Shown here: positions 22,636-36,475 of the stretch, one piece after another | Layout: every line of letters begins with the position of its first letter | Position numbering within the stretch: position 1 is the stretch's first letter | Program-made: the position numbers and the translations under genes | The notes under the pieces: generated by a model | What the model was told of the DNA's origin: nothing | Seen by the model: only the letters and a program-made list of their open reading frames with translations | Database searches by the model: none | Assembly: GCA_050230475.1 (NCBI GenBank) | Contig: JBFLGF010000090.1 | Span: 1-64,000 of the forward strand | DNA: 64,000 bases | DNA from: Ancylonema sp. | Taxonomy: Eukaryota | Direction: 5' to 3'

Positions 22636-25600
22636 ACTTACAGCGCTTGCTGTGCTTCTGCAGACAGTCAGCATGAACATTGCCTACAAAATCATACTCC
22701 AAAACGACGCTTATACAAAATGCAGACACACGTGAAGATCAAGAAAATTCGAAAGTTACACCGACTTCCGCTACCGATTCCTCGATTCCGTCCCTAAACG
22801 TCCTTCTTCTCGACTCGACGAATTAGTTACGAGAAAAGTACGTCCATGAAAGCAACTCGCACTCTGACCGCCCCTCGGGAAGTTGTCTTCTGGTGTGTGT
22901 GAGTGGCGGGAACGAGTCAGTGCCACGTTGGCAGAACGATTGGTCTCCTCCTGCTTCTACGTTATAACGTTGTCATTATCACGTTACAACAGAGAGAACC
23001 TTAACTCTCGACCCCGGGCTGGAAACGGGGTTTTCAAAGCCCCTTGTCGGTCTGTACTCATTACGACAATCATATCAAATGTTCGGATTGATACAAAAAG
23101 TGCTCTCGATGTAATATTTTTTCCCAAATACGTTATAATAAGGCGCATGGAGAGGGCAAGAAAAATAGCAGCATAAAATTTTCTTATGGCGTTGGAGAGG
23201 CCATTACTTTTGGTATTGGTCGACTTTCAATTGTGTATGACTCATCTAGAGGAGGAATATTTTGAGCAAAGCGAATATATGTTTCGTTAGAAGGGCACCT
23301 TATGTCGTCATCTAATAACACTTTTGTTAAAGCATCACACGTGACGCAACAAGATACATCGTTTAAAGAATCTCCCTTCACTCCATTTGCGGTTTGTTCT
23401 TAATGCCCGCAATCCACCACCACATGACCAAGTCGAGAATCCGAAAATCGCAAGCTCCACAATATTCCAAGTTTTGGAATTTACAAAGAAAGCAAGGAAA
23501 AAAAATCAGTTTTATTTTCCTTCTCCTTCTTCTGTTTTGGAGTAGCAAGATCCATGGTGTTTGCAATGTAAGGGGGGTGGGAAGGGGGGCACGCAAAGTA
23601 GTGTTTGCATGAACAACATCGTGTGTTGTCATGACATGTAGAGGAAAGTGTCTTCAATGCACATGGCCATGAATTAAGAAAGCGCGCGGCCGTGGAGCTT
23701 GTAACATGATTACTCGAAACTACATACACATTAACGGTATTTGACGTTAGTTAAATGTTGAACCTGTTGTTTTATTTTCATAAGACGAAATGCATGTAAC
23801 CGATCCCAACATAAATACAAAGAGACGTAATGATGGAGTCCCCCGCATTGTGATTGAGATACATAATCATCCAACCTGACTCGACATCACAAGAACACTC
23901 AAACATTTGACAACTTCATTATCACTTGCAACTCCTACTACACTAAGGCAAAAAAATGTTGCTTGAGGCTTCGATGCAGCTTCAAATACACCCATGCCAC
24001 ATAGATTCAATATATCTCACTTATGATGCATTTGAGAGCCATATTCTGCACATTCTAACCTCTTATCGCCATATATTTATCATACATTTCAACATGTACT
24101 TTGGCATCCGGCGTGTGGCTAGCGGCGGTCTATAAGGCTCTCGAATATCATTTCAATAGCGTAGTGTTTGGTAAAAGGACAATTGGCGGGTATAAGGGAT
24201 TTTCATCTCACCTAAGTAACACGAGGGTTTGTACATGATGCAATTCAACTTCAACACGCATTGTATGGCCAATCGAAAGGTTGCCCACGTAGAGGGTGGA
24301 CTCTAACTAAAAGCAAGGGGGTTGTTGTAACATGGAATAATAACGTTGGAGCTCGTACCTACCACCTTTCCACCTTCTCCATCCTTTCCACCCTCTTTCC
24401 TCCTTTCCACGCCCGGACAGTGCCCACATTTGTAGGTTAGGCTGAATTTCAAGCCTCTCCTACAAGGGTCACGGGCGGATAAAGGATCCGAGCAAGCGAG
24501 CACACCACTGCTGAAAATTGTGATGAATACTTACTTCGGTGGTTTGTCTCTTAAGGTTGTTCACATGTTCGATAGTGCCAAGTCATAGTTAGCATTCGAA
24601 AACGAACGCTAAACAATCAGCACCCCTAACGCATAATGAAGTTCGAAACACATGAGAACAAAGTAGATTTACGACTCTACCGTCTCTTGCGTGTATGTTT
24701 GGTTTGGCACCGCAACAATCTGTGATTTAAAGAGTCTTTACGACATGCGTGAAGAATGACTTCATGACAGTCTTTGCCTATCGTTTTGGTCAGTTGGCCA
24801 TCTTTTTTGTGTGGACCTTTCATAACCTTTCATGAAGCTCGGTAATTTAAAAGCATGGTGACAACACTCTCTTCAAGAAGGACCTTCTGCAATTGGGGAC
24901 ATATTCCCAAATAGTTCCTTGTTATGGGCAGCCACAATATTTAGTTATTGTTTACATATCATATGTTTGGTGTATATTAGCGGTGATATTCATGCGACAA
25001 GTAGTAGGAGGTGCAATAACTTCCTTCACTACCCTCAATGATACACAACAAAACCTCCATGTGAAAAACCTAATCTCGTTTAAAGAAGTGCTATTGAGGT
25101 AGAGTTTTCTTGTAAGTTAAGTAATCATTCGGTCCCGGGATCTAGTCACCTATTTGAGGGGACAATCAATAGGTGATCTGAAACTGTGATCATACTAACA
25201 CACAACTCCATATGTAAGATACTAGTCTCGATCGTGATTTTACAAAACTTACTCCATATATGTTAAAGGTTTTCTTCTTTCTTTCGGGTATCTGGTTTTG
25301 TCTCTGAAATGTTGGGTATGTTTAGGACGCACAAGGCCGTGCACTCTATTGTAAAGCGATTTTTAGGTGTGTAGAAGGTGTATAAAAGGTGGGCAAAATA
25401 TTCCAGTTCTTGTCCGGTGCATTAGCTATAATACGTTTGGTGAAAAACTTGGTTGATAATAGGTTTCATTACTTCTTCTACGCATCAACTATAAAATAAT
25501 TGTTAATAAAACCTTTGTATCGCGAAAGACTATCACGAAAAGAAGTGTTATATCTCGAAGTCATTTGTTGTTTACCACCAAAAACCTCCACCCTTAGACA

Positions 25601-25909
25601 CAAAGCACATGTTCGTGTTGTCTTATAAATGAAAACAACCAACCAGTGTTATACATACCATTCTTGGTCGATCAAACCTACCGCTCGACTTCTCAACACA
25701 TAAATCTACGAGTACTCAGTAAAATGTTGAAATTTTGTAGATGTTGTATGACATTAGCCCATTGCAGATGCCTAGTTTCATCCGCAGTGCGGCCGATAGC
25801 CCCGTCTTTGCGTGAAGGGAGCTAGGATACAAATAAAGACACATACATGCAAACGTACAAACACACATACACATACCCAATATAGCCCGTAACTAGCTCA
25901 AAATTAACC

Positions 25910-28900
25910 TTAAATCGATTCGAAGAGGTCTGAAATGGTTTTCTTTGGTGCCGACTCTTCTGCAATAACCTGCAAACAAAAATACACATAATATTAGTCA
26001 ACAGATTTGGCAAATTTGAAAAATTGAAAAATTTGTCAACAAATTTGACTTGCTATTTCATCTTCTACACAACAATGTTGCGACTGACTCCTCTACCCAC
26101 ACTCTCTCATCGCAAAATGTAATCAAATGAGTTGTTGTTTTCCATTTTAACATCTACCTCCTCTCTTTTAGAAGTACTAATCTAGAGCCTTTCCCTTACC
26201 ATTGTCACCATTGTAAGTAGGAGCATAAAATGTGAGAGCATATATTTAGGTAATGTATACGTACACCTTTTATGTATATAGAAGTAAAATGTATGTATTT
26301 GACCACGATCCACCACAATCACAGCTGTATTTTTGTGTTTACATGTGTTTGCATAAGCATATGCAAGTGTGCATATACATACAAATGTACACATGCACAT
26401 ATGCATACATCCATCCATGTAATAAAGCATTTAAGTGTTGCACCCCCTGCGTGCCCGACTCGGTGCTTTCCATTACCTCAACAATTTTGTTGGAGGCAGC
26501 TGGCACGATGAGAGCCTCCACACAAACCTCCGCCACCTGGCAGACCCCCCACCATAACTTTATACTCACACCTCTGTACAGTACAGCCACCCTCATTATA
26601 GGCACCCTCTTGTGGTTGATACAGACGACATCACCTGGCAGAGGGAACTCAAAACGTACGCATTTGTAGTTTGTGGCACGTCCTCTTTGAAGGCACCCGA
26701 ATGCGTTCAACCACAAGAGTGTGCCTCAAGAGAGTGTGACTAAAATATGCTACCTAGAAAGCTGCCCTCCATTTCCCCATTCCCCATTTCCCTTCCTCTC
26801 TTCTCACCTGGAACCTGGTGATAGCTCCTCCAAACAGAGTGTCTTCCCCCTTCATCACTATATTCTGCCTCTGCCCAAGGGGGTAAACAAGGAAAAAGAG
26901 GGGTAGAATGTAGGTCAGAATTCTGATGGGTAGACAGACTTCTGCCACTCTCCCCCCCCCCAAGCTCACCCCATTGTCCGATTTTTTCAGCCCCCCTGGC
27001 CTCACAATCGTGTACTCCAACCCCGACCGCTGCACCGCCAGCTCAGACTGCTTCTTCCTGCAACCAATCAAGGACCGCCCATGTGCAGACGCTGAGTCAG
27101 CGTCCAGTCAGCAACCACCCCCCATGCCTCTCTCCCTGTACAGCTGTCGTACGGAAGTCGATCCAGTGGAGCAATCATAGACTCCAAATCCAGAAAGCGA
27201 CTAACATTTCTACACAACAGTGCCAAAAATATCCCCCTCTACTCTCCTCTTTTCTCCTCTCCCTCCTCTCTTCTCTCCCCCCTTACCAGAACAACAAGCC
27301 GTAAAAGATGTTGAGTGGGAACAGTAGCAGGGACACCCCCAGAGACGTGACAAAAACAATTTTCTTCACTTTCCCCGAGTTCTTGGCTGCAGCAACCAGA
27401 TTCACCACCCCCTCATACTCCTGCAAACCCACCCCCGTCCCCCAACCGCCTCAGGACCCCGCCAGCTGGCACACGCAGGCTGCACGGATACGGTTCGTGA
27501 GGCGCACCTTGAAGGGGCCGAGGGGGTCGAGAATGTCTGGTCGGATGCCTACTGCACACAGGATGACGTCACTGAACCCCAACCGTCCACCCTCAACCCC
27601 CACCCCAGACCCCCGTGAGTTCGGTTACCCTCTTTCCACCAAGACCAGGAGAAAGTTCCTAAGCAGCCCCCCCCCCTTTTTCCTCACCTGTCTCCCAACC
27701 CCGCTTTCAGACTCTCATACTTGTACAGATCGCCCTCCACCACCTGCCACCTCACCCCCAACCGCCCACCCCCAGCCCCCAGCCCCCAAGCTCAGCGCCA
27801 GAGCCGGCCACACGCCACGTCATCAAGGTTAAAGGCACCCCCCCCCCCTACCTGCACTCCCAAAATCCCTCCCAAATACTTCTCCTTCCTCGAATTCCGC
27901 ACCAAAGCCCGCACAGGCACCCCCTTCTTTGCCAGATTCTCGACTAGTAACCTCCCGGTCCTCCCCCCAGCCCCCGCCACAAACACATTCAGCCCCTTGT
28001 ACGGCCCCGCATCGGGTACGGGCCGGGCTCCCCCCACCTCCTCCTCTTCCCCGGGCTCGGGGGCGGTTGGGTCCGCCACGGGGGCGGTTATGCTGCTCAG
28101 TCCGGACCTGCCCTGGGAGTCGGCACCGGTTATGGAGGCTAAGGTTTGGGTGACCAGGTCTTCTGTGGCCTCGGAAATGACTTGCTGGAGGTCGGAGACG
28201 GCCCCAACCGTCTCCTCGATGGCGGTTGGGAGGACGGAGGGAAGGTTGGAGGATCCGAGGGCGGCTGCGACCCGGTCCCCCGCTTTTTGGACGACCTGGG
28301 CCGTGCGTTGGCCCTGGGCTTCGATGCGGGAGTATGCTGAGTCAGCTCGTCGGCCTGCCAGCTCAGCCTGCTTCTGTGTCTCTCGACGTGCCACCTGGAC
28401 GGAGGACTGCAGCTCCGCTGCCTGCTGCTTCACGTTGACACCTGGCAGAGCCACATCCACTCCGGTCATTCACTGGCACCATCTTAAAAGCATCGTAAAA
28501 TCCAAAGAACGGACACGTTCACACATCTCCACGCGTCACATGATTAATATAACTTCATACATATGTAAACATTTTTTTTATTTTTTTAAAGCTTACCAGT
28601 CACGTCCTCTGTTGCATCTGCCAGATCGGAGGCCACCTCCTCCGCTGCCTCTCGGGTTGAGTCTAGAGCATCCTCGACATCCTCACGAACAGCCGCTGAT
28701 GTGCTGTCGACTTCCGCCACGACCACGTCCATGGTATCTTCCACCTGGAAATCCGAGCACGTGTGACACTCCCTATCACTTGCGGAACGGGGGGCTCAGC
28801 ATCGCAGGACGTGCGATGGGCTCGATGTGCAGATCTGAGGGTTGGAAGAACGGTCGTGGCCCCACGAGAAGGGGCAGGTGGTTTTCGGTGAAGGCGTAGT

Positions 28901-29495
28901 TAGCCTGCCTGACGTCATACCTCGTCCTGAATGACGTCGCCAACTTCTGAAATGGAGTCCACGAGACGCTCCCCGGCGTCCTGCAGCTTATCTCCAGCCT
29001 CCTCCAGATCCTCTGCGGCAGCATCCAAGTTGCTGCCGCTGGTGCTGTAGCTTACTGTCAGGGCCTTGCCTTCGCCTTCCGTGCTGACTTCAGCGGACTT
29101 TCCGCCATCGGCTGACGGATCTTCTCCACTGACAGCTGGCGATTTACTGGCTTGCGGGAGAAATCTAGCACCTGGTAAGAAGAAAAAGCTATGATCACGA
29201 CTCCCGATGCCCGAAGTCGCAAAAAAACGTGTATAAGTTCAGGCTAGAGGAACCCAGAATCGAGGTCGCTGCTGCTGTTTGCCACCATCATCCGTTATCT
29301 ACGCAACAAAAACCCACCTCCTCTAAGTGGAAACGAGGTCCCCCGCCTGGGCAGCATTCGAACAGCAGAAGGCGTTCTCCCATGTTCGATGAGATTCGAA
29401 GGCCTGGAGGCGCTGAGCTTTTGAGAGGGGATCAAGCGTGCTGTTGAGGTGGGAAGCCGCAGAGCCAGCGCTGGGAAACTCATGGCGCACGACAT
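25910..29495 (-). CDS. Plastid-targeted NAD(P)-binding Rossmann-fold protein (atypical SDR, Tic62/At2g34460-related) with a long acidic N-terminal extension; about 11 exons
   Basis: Ser/Arg-rich transit-like first exon 29318-29495. Motifs VFVAGAGGRTGRLLV...VRALVRN, VEGDL, PLGPFK|EYEGVVNLVAAAK, KKQSE...SGLEYTIVRPGGL, DTLFGGAITR, VAEVCVEAL...NKIVE|VIAEESAPKKTISDLFESI*. Confidence 0.88.
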
Positions 29496-29674
29496 GTGAT
29501 CAGGACCGCTGTCACCAAATGTTTTCTGCCGATCGCCTTATCGCGAGAGCGTACGGCGTAGAAGAGCACCTCTGAGTGGTGGAAGACAGGGTGGGCTCTG
29601 TATGCGACCGACTTCGGGAACAGGGCGGGTATTCTGCAGCAGACAAGGAGAGGCGTGGATAGGTCCACTACTCA

Positions 29675-29718
29675 CCACGTGGCACATGGGGACGTATGCA
29701 CGAAGTCAGTGGCCAATC
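29675..29718. promoter_or_regulatory. G-box (CCACGTGGC) with a nearby CCAAT, about 180 bp upstream of the plastid SDR start
   Basis: Motif match and position only. Confidence 0.35.
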
Positions 29719-30719
29719 AGGTATGTAGTGAGGTGTCCGACCGTCCGTGAGACGCGCAGTGCGTGAAGTACAACAACAGAGATTCGTTATATCGTGATTT
29801 GAACGCTGCTGGCAAAACTTGGAACTTTCTCTTCGACCCCTGTGTTTGCCCCGCTTCATGCCCCATTTTTCAAAACTACCCTCGCAATGCCGCGGGAGCT
29901 GCAACCAGAGATCAACTCGGCGTGCGAGGTGTATGTCGATTGCTTGCAGCGATCAGCTTGTCAGATTTTCTTAGACATCCAGTGTTCAAGAGGCTATGGA
30001 GGGCCGGCTTGTACCGGCCTCAACTTGATATCATGGTTCAGCTGCTTCCAGCTGAGCTAACATGTGGCGTCCTCTAAAATATTGATATTCTTCTTTTGTT
30101 ATCGTCTTTACCTTCAACAACCCTGCAGAAACTACAGTTTCTAACCAGCTATCTGGCTTATGGTTCGAAACATTGCAGCCGAGCCAAATCTTGGTGGGAA
30201 TGTAGAGCAGAGGCGACCTGCCCGTAGCCTGCATGGCACGAATACAGTCTCAGAATTGTCGCGAAGTGCCACCTGGCAGAAGGGAAGTGGGTCTCTAAGT
30301 GCCCCCGAGTGAAGAAAGAGTAAATGGGAGTGACCGTTCCACCGAGCAGGTTTGGCGCAAAAATTAACGAAAATAGTTGCTAGGAAGCTTCCGAAAGCTT
30401 TCGAAAGCCTCTGAGAGTTTTAGGAAGCTTCTGGAAGCTTTTGCTAGTAGAAGTTCAAAATTCAAAATTATGTCTGGTTGTAGATGAAAAGGAGTGACGG
30501 GTCACCAGATCTGAATTTCTAATTGTATCCGCACTTTTATAGGAGTTTGGAATTTGGAAATGGGAAAACGAGAGACTTTTTGATTTTTGGTTTTTCTGTA
30601 TTGTTTTTTTTTGTATCATCATTATCACTCGTACTTTTATTTTATCAAAGGTTTTATCAATAATGATTTCTTTTATTTTTTTACAAATATTATTGATGTT
30701 AATATTATTGGTGTTATTG

Positions 30720-30800
30720 TTAAATATTATATCATTATTATGATGATAATAATAATTATTATTATTATTATTATCATTATCATCATACTATTATTACTGT
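30720..30800. repeat. (ATT/ATC)n low-complexity tract
   Basis: Runs of attattatt and atcatc. Confidence 0.8.
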
Positions 30801-32932
30801 AGTTGATACTTATTTATATATATATTTATGTTATTCGTAGTATAATTATGATCTTGTCTTGGGTTATGGTGCCAGTATGAAATGTTCATTGTTAAGAAGC
30901 TAGATGTGTAGGATGTAATGTGCTATGTTTGAAGTAGATTGAACCTGTCAAGTAAAATCTAATTTCTTATGGAAAGGGGGGAAGGGTGTAATCCTCAGCC
31001 ACGTCCTACAGGTCCTACAGGGGTCCTATAAAGAGGGCTCTTACAGAAGTTCCAAAATTTTCAAAAAGCTCACATCAGCACGGCAGCCGGCCTCTTGCCA
31101 GGGTTCACGCCCCGAGGGCTTCCGTATCTCCTTCGCATCCCCCTCTTCACATGCACGTGGTATGCATGCATGCCGATCAGCTTATGTCTGGGGTCGAGAG
31201 CAGCCCAGGGAAGCGCATGCTTGGACTGACATGCGCAAGGATGGGATAGAGTGGATATTCATTCTTGTCCCTTGAAGGACTGGAATGGAGGCATGGGGGC
31301 GTGTGGCCAATGAGAGGCCTTCCGTGGTGGTACTGAAGTTGAATTCGCGGGGGGGGGGGTGGTAGAGAGCGCGGTCATTTTTGTTGCCTTTGCCGCAACT
31401 GCCTCAACTGCTCAGAATTCGCCACCTGTCCTGCCATCCACCTCTGGTAGCCACTGTGGCTGCCAATTGTCAGAGCTTTAAGGTTCAGAAGATCCGGTGG
31501 AAGGAGGGCGGTTGTTGCAGAGCAGGCGCAATGACATGATGTGGACAGGTGGCAGCAACTCTGTGGACGAAAGGCATGGAGGGTTGGCTGGGCATGTGGT
31601 GATGGTTGGGGCGACTCCTAACGTCCAATTACCACCTACCAACCGCCACATTAGCATCCAGCATCATAGGAGGTGGTGGAGGGGTTGGCAGAAAAGACAT
31701 AAAGCAACCCCCTTAATCTGCCATCTCAGGTCTGTGAGTTTTTTTGCCAGAATCAGGGGTGAGAACCTCCTCCTTTTGATGTGATTGAAGAGCCCAGTAT
31801 CCCTATCGAACCTTATGGGCGGGTGGGCGCAGATGGGGGCGGACAGGGATGGGTAGGATTTGTTCCTGAGAGATAGTTTAAGATTTCAGATGGTACTGAA
31901 TGGCCCATTGGTGGTAGACCAGTAGCTCACCCAGTTCAATCTGGTGTTGGGGGTTTGCCAGCTGTATTCGATTAGCTCTGGGAGTTGTGCGGGGTGGGGA
32001 CCTGTCGTTGAGGGAGGGGGAGGATGTGACTGGTGGCAGGTGGCAGGTGGCAGGTGCTCAGAAGCGCAGGTCTACAGGTGGTATTATCGGGGGGGTGTCT
32101 GTGGCTGCTAGGCATGCAGTTTTGGATATTTGAACAAAAAAACACGGGCAGGGAAAGAAAATGATACATTGTGAAAAAATTGGTAAACTTTGTTTCCTGC
32201 CAGTTAATGGAGCTCCACGCTGTTAATCAGAATTTTGTGGATACGGGTTTGAGAAGGGGAGAGTGGAGGAGGAAAGGGCAAAAGTCAGGTTGGTGTAGGA
32301 TTTTCTTGGTTGTCGAGGGGAGGGAGCTAGTTTGAGAGTTGGATTTTGGTAGAGAGAAGGTGTCAGGTCTGAAGAGTATTTGTCATTGAAAAAGGTATGA
32401 AATGATTCATTTGGAACCAGAAATTATAGTTTGGGCAAATTTTACATATGTTGTTGTTTACTCGTGATATTTTTTCTATGGGTTCTCAGTGTAGTGACGT
32501 TAACTTGACAAAATCGTGTGAGTATAGACACTTATAGAAGGAGATGAGATTATACGAGGAAGGTCATCATTAAGAGTGTCCTCGGTGTCTAGTTCGAGAG
32601 GAAGACATACATTACATATACGTTACACTTCCCCGTGTCCCTTTTTATGATTCCGATTTCATGCAATTACAACGCTCCTACACTTTTATTGGTCAACTCA
32701 AAACAACTCATATACCCTTTTTCACCAATCTAATGAGATTCAACTACTGCATACCGCGCTCTTTTAATAATTGCAAATACAACATTTAAAAACATCCACT
32801 ATCCAACTATATATCACTTGTCATGAAGGAGAACGAAGACGTATACCCCATCTCCACAAGGGCTACCATCCACTTTCGCACACAAGCTTACGTTGCTCAT
32901 CACATCTCCAAGCACCTCATACAACCCAAATT

Positions 32933-35900
32933 CTACAGTGCCAAATTTGTTGCCGCATAAGCAACCGCTTGCACCACCACACTAACGACCCGAGCAGCAT
33001 CTACCACCAACACGGAGGGAGAGGATGTGGGAGGAGCAACGGCACGAATGGGTGGTTGCGCTTCCTTGTCAACCCCTGAACGGACCGCATCCGCACGTGT
33101 GGAAGCATCCACTTTGGATTGAGGACTGCCTCTACGTGTGCTAATTCTCCCGGTACCGAGAAATCTGTTCAAGTACCCCCCATTCATAAATTGATCACTT
33201 CCGAGACCCGAAATGTCAGAGCGCGGAAGCACAGGCGGCGGCGGGCTAGGGGGGGGTGGGGGGGGCGACACAAACTCGTTCGGAGTTTGGAAGTAACCGA
33301 GAAGACCACGTAGAAGACTGGTCTGGTCTGATTCATCCGGCCTGGCCGCAGCAGGTGCGGCTGTGTCAAACCCGATTTCCGGCCCCGGAAGGGGGGGGAG
33401 TCCGCTATGAGATCGTGCTGCTCCCGGCCCCGTATTGGGTTGCGGTCCGGTTGTCGACCCCGGAAATCCCGCCGGAATATCGTTGGCCGCATTCGTTCGT
33501 GCACGTGCATTCGATGCCGCGACAGCAGATCCAGCGGCAGGGTCCAACTCGGTGCCCAAATCAGGATTGCGGCCGGGTGCAACTTTAGGTGTGTCGCTAT
33601 CGTTATCGAGTGAGGGTGTTGGTCTGGTTAGAGGGTTCGAGTTCGTGGCTGGAAGTGATGACGTGGAAACCGATGACGTGGCCGGGACCGTTGTGGTTGT
33701 GGAAACCGACTTCGGGTTGGGTTGGTAGGCGCCTTCGGCAACTGTTCCGCGGACCGCAGCTCGGCGTACACCGGATGTTCGAACTGGACATGGATGGAAA
33801 GAAATGTAAGATTGAAAATCGAAAAATACTAGTGTGTCGGGAAGCCGCATGCAAAGTTGTAATTGTACCTTCAAGCTTGAATGAATGCCTCCCATGGATC
33901 CCCCCCCACACTCTCACCATAAATATGCTCGCCGTTTTGGTCGGCCGTCGATGACGTGCGTCCTTGAAAACCCACACCGTCCCGTCCTAATATCTCATTC
34001 ACCACCGACAACACGGAGCCGAGGCCGTAGTTTAAAGCGTTATTGTCCGAACCGAGACTCGGTTCGGCGACGTATCCTGTAACACCGCCGTCGGAACCCG
34101 ATCCATATTCCGGGCGTCCTCTCGCAGTAACACGTGTCGGCATGCTTGGGATTCTCTCCGCGTCTTGCGTGCTCGACGCCGCTCCCATAATTGCTTGCGA
34201 TAGCATGTTTGGTTGAGAATTTGAGCGAGTATTCGTATCACCACCCGAGTACCGTCCATCAATTTGCGCCGTCGATGAGGCCTCCCCGGTGGAAGGCATC
34301 TGATTCATTGTCGAGCCAATTGCACTCCTCCCTCCCCCCACCATTGGATCGCCAGTCGATGAGGTGTCATGATTGGCCATCGCGTAAAACGAGTCGGCTT
34401 CTTGGTCGTCTCCAGGAATGTGCCCCCTGGCCACGTCCGTATCGCCGAGTTGACCTTCCGCTGCCATCAGTCCCACGTTGCCCGGGCCATCCGATGACTT
34501 CTCTTGCACGGATCGGAGGGAGTGGAGACCATTGGCGGACAAATGGCCGTCCATGGGCCTCGATGTGTCACGATAATTGAATTGGCCAGCCGTGAGGGAA
34601 GTCCAAATCCAACCGTACGCACGATAGGCTTGCCAATTGACATTTGGCGAACCGAGGGGGTGAGCGGGGTCATGATGCGTCTCGAGCGGAGGTGGGGGCA
34701 GCCACGATGTAGACTGTTGGGCTGAAGCAATCAAACGATAGAGATCTTCAGGTGGCCACAAGTAAATCTCAACCCTATTGAGCTCATAAAATGTTGCATA
34801 GAAAATTTTAAAAGTTGATGAGTATCTGTTGTAGATAACTAACGAAGAAGGCTCGATGGGTGCAATGCAGGTTGTGAAAGTCTCTCTAAAGATTTTAAAA
34901 CAATGGGGTATTTTATCGTCTACGAGTGCGTAATCACAGAATGAGGCATGTCGCGGCGAAATGACAAACAAGACAATCTCCGTTATTTTTGTCATTCAAG
35001 TTGTCGATATTTCGCAATCGATTTCAATTTTACTAATGCTTACACTTCGGGAATGCAAAAGACGACGGCAGGCCCATGATTTTTGCAACGTTGGTGTGAA
35101 GCCCCCCCCTCAAGACTGGGCCGCGCCCCCCTACAGGCTGTAGGCGTAAAAGAAATTCCTCGGGATGTAGTAGAAGGTGACGAAGGAACGTCGGGGACCC
35201 CATCGATATGACTCCTAGTTTTTTAGTTTTAAAAAAAAAACCGTGTCAATCAGGGTGCCTTCAATATTAAAATTTGGGGAGAGCGCAAACATGTGGAAAG
35301 CAATTGCATGGTGTGGTTTTTGGTAAGAATGAACGCATTTTTCATTTTCCATTTGCTGTTGTTTTTTTTCTCCGAATTGTACTTAGCTTGCAAGGCAACT
35401 TGAAACTATATAAATTTTTTGCTTATGAAATCATAAATATGTTTGGGCACCTGCAAAAGAGTACGACGAAGATGGAGGTAACGAAGAGTTGTCGACATGG
35501 TGTTCGACGGCGTGTATGCTTCCATGTTATTCGAATCTGCGAATTTGGTGAGGAGTGAGTAAGTATGTCGTTTGTTTTCATACGCGTATATAGACGATGG
35601 AACACATAATAACGATAGAAACACACCACACCTATTCAATGGAAAGTAAAAAGTAGCCCTTCAAAAATAACGGTGTCCTTACTACAAAAGATGTTAAACT
35701 TTAACGTCGAGTTTCCCGGATACTCTCTCGATGTAAGTCACGCAACAAAGTGGACCAGACCATAAACCGTGAACCGTGTTCGCTCACCTGCCGCCGGTCA
35801 GCCTGAGGGCAAGTTGTGGTTGGGTCTTCCCCACCGCTTTACGGTAAATCGACGCGCGGTAACGGGTCTTCCCGGATACCGGGCAAGGCCGAATAAAGGC

Positions 35901-36475
35901 GGGCAGCTGGCTGAACAGAAATGCGACCTGGGGCTCGCCTCCCGGACCCTGGATCGATAGTAGCCACCACGAAATGTAATACAATCGTGGTCCACGTTGA
36001 ATTCAGCTCCGAACTACGAAATTCTGAATAAATACATTGGAGTTGCCGGCGTAGTTATGTATCGTGAAGCTTTTTCGAGCTCACCAGTTCGACGGAAAGA
36101 CATTATGCAAATTGATGTAATAAAATCAGCGCACTACCAAAAATATAATAGGCCTGCTTAAGTGAAGAGAACCAGTGTCATGACAAAAAAACGTGTCTAC
36201 GTGTTTACGGGAGCTTTGCTTACTGTACGATCTCGGTCCATCACCGCCAGGAACCCCAGCCCTCCGTACGTGCCGTCTCGCGATTCGTTACTGGGAGCAG
36301 AGCTTTTTGAGCTGATGTTTCTATCGTGGACGGTGAGACTTGCAACGAAGACTGGTCCGTGCTGCGGAATCTCAACATTGGCAGCGACGCCCACTCCCTC
36401 TACGAGAGTGCTGAAGGATGCTGATACGACGAGAACGCAGAGGATTGTGTGGGCATAAAAATGGCCTGACGTCAT
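32933..36475 (-). CDS. Hypothetical spliced gene with a signal-peptide-like N-terminus and a long Ser/Thr/Pro/Gly-rich C-terminus
   Basis: Two long ORFs join in frame across a canonical phase-1 intron 33784-33917. A candidate first exon (MTSGHFYAHTILCVLVVSASFSTLVEG) ends at a gtaagc donor near 36223. Middle exons are unresolved. Confidence 0.45.

Noticed and set aside
27308..28899. Plus-strand 174-aa and 392-aa ORFs
   Set aside because: Antisense to the SDR exons and introns.
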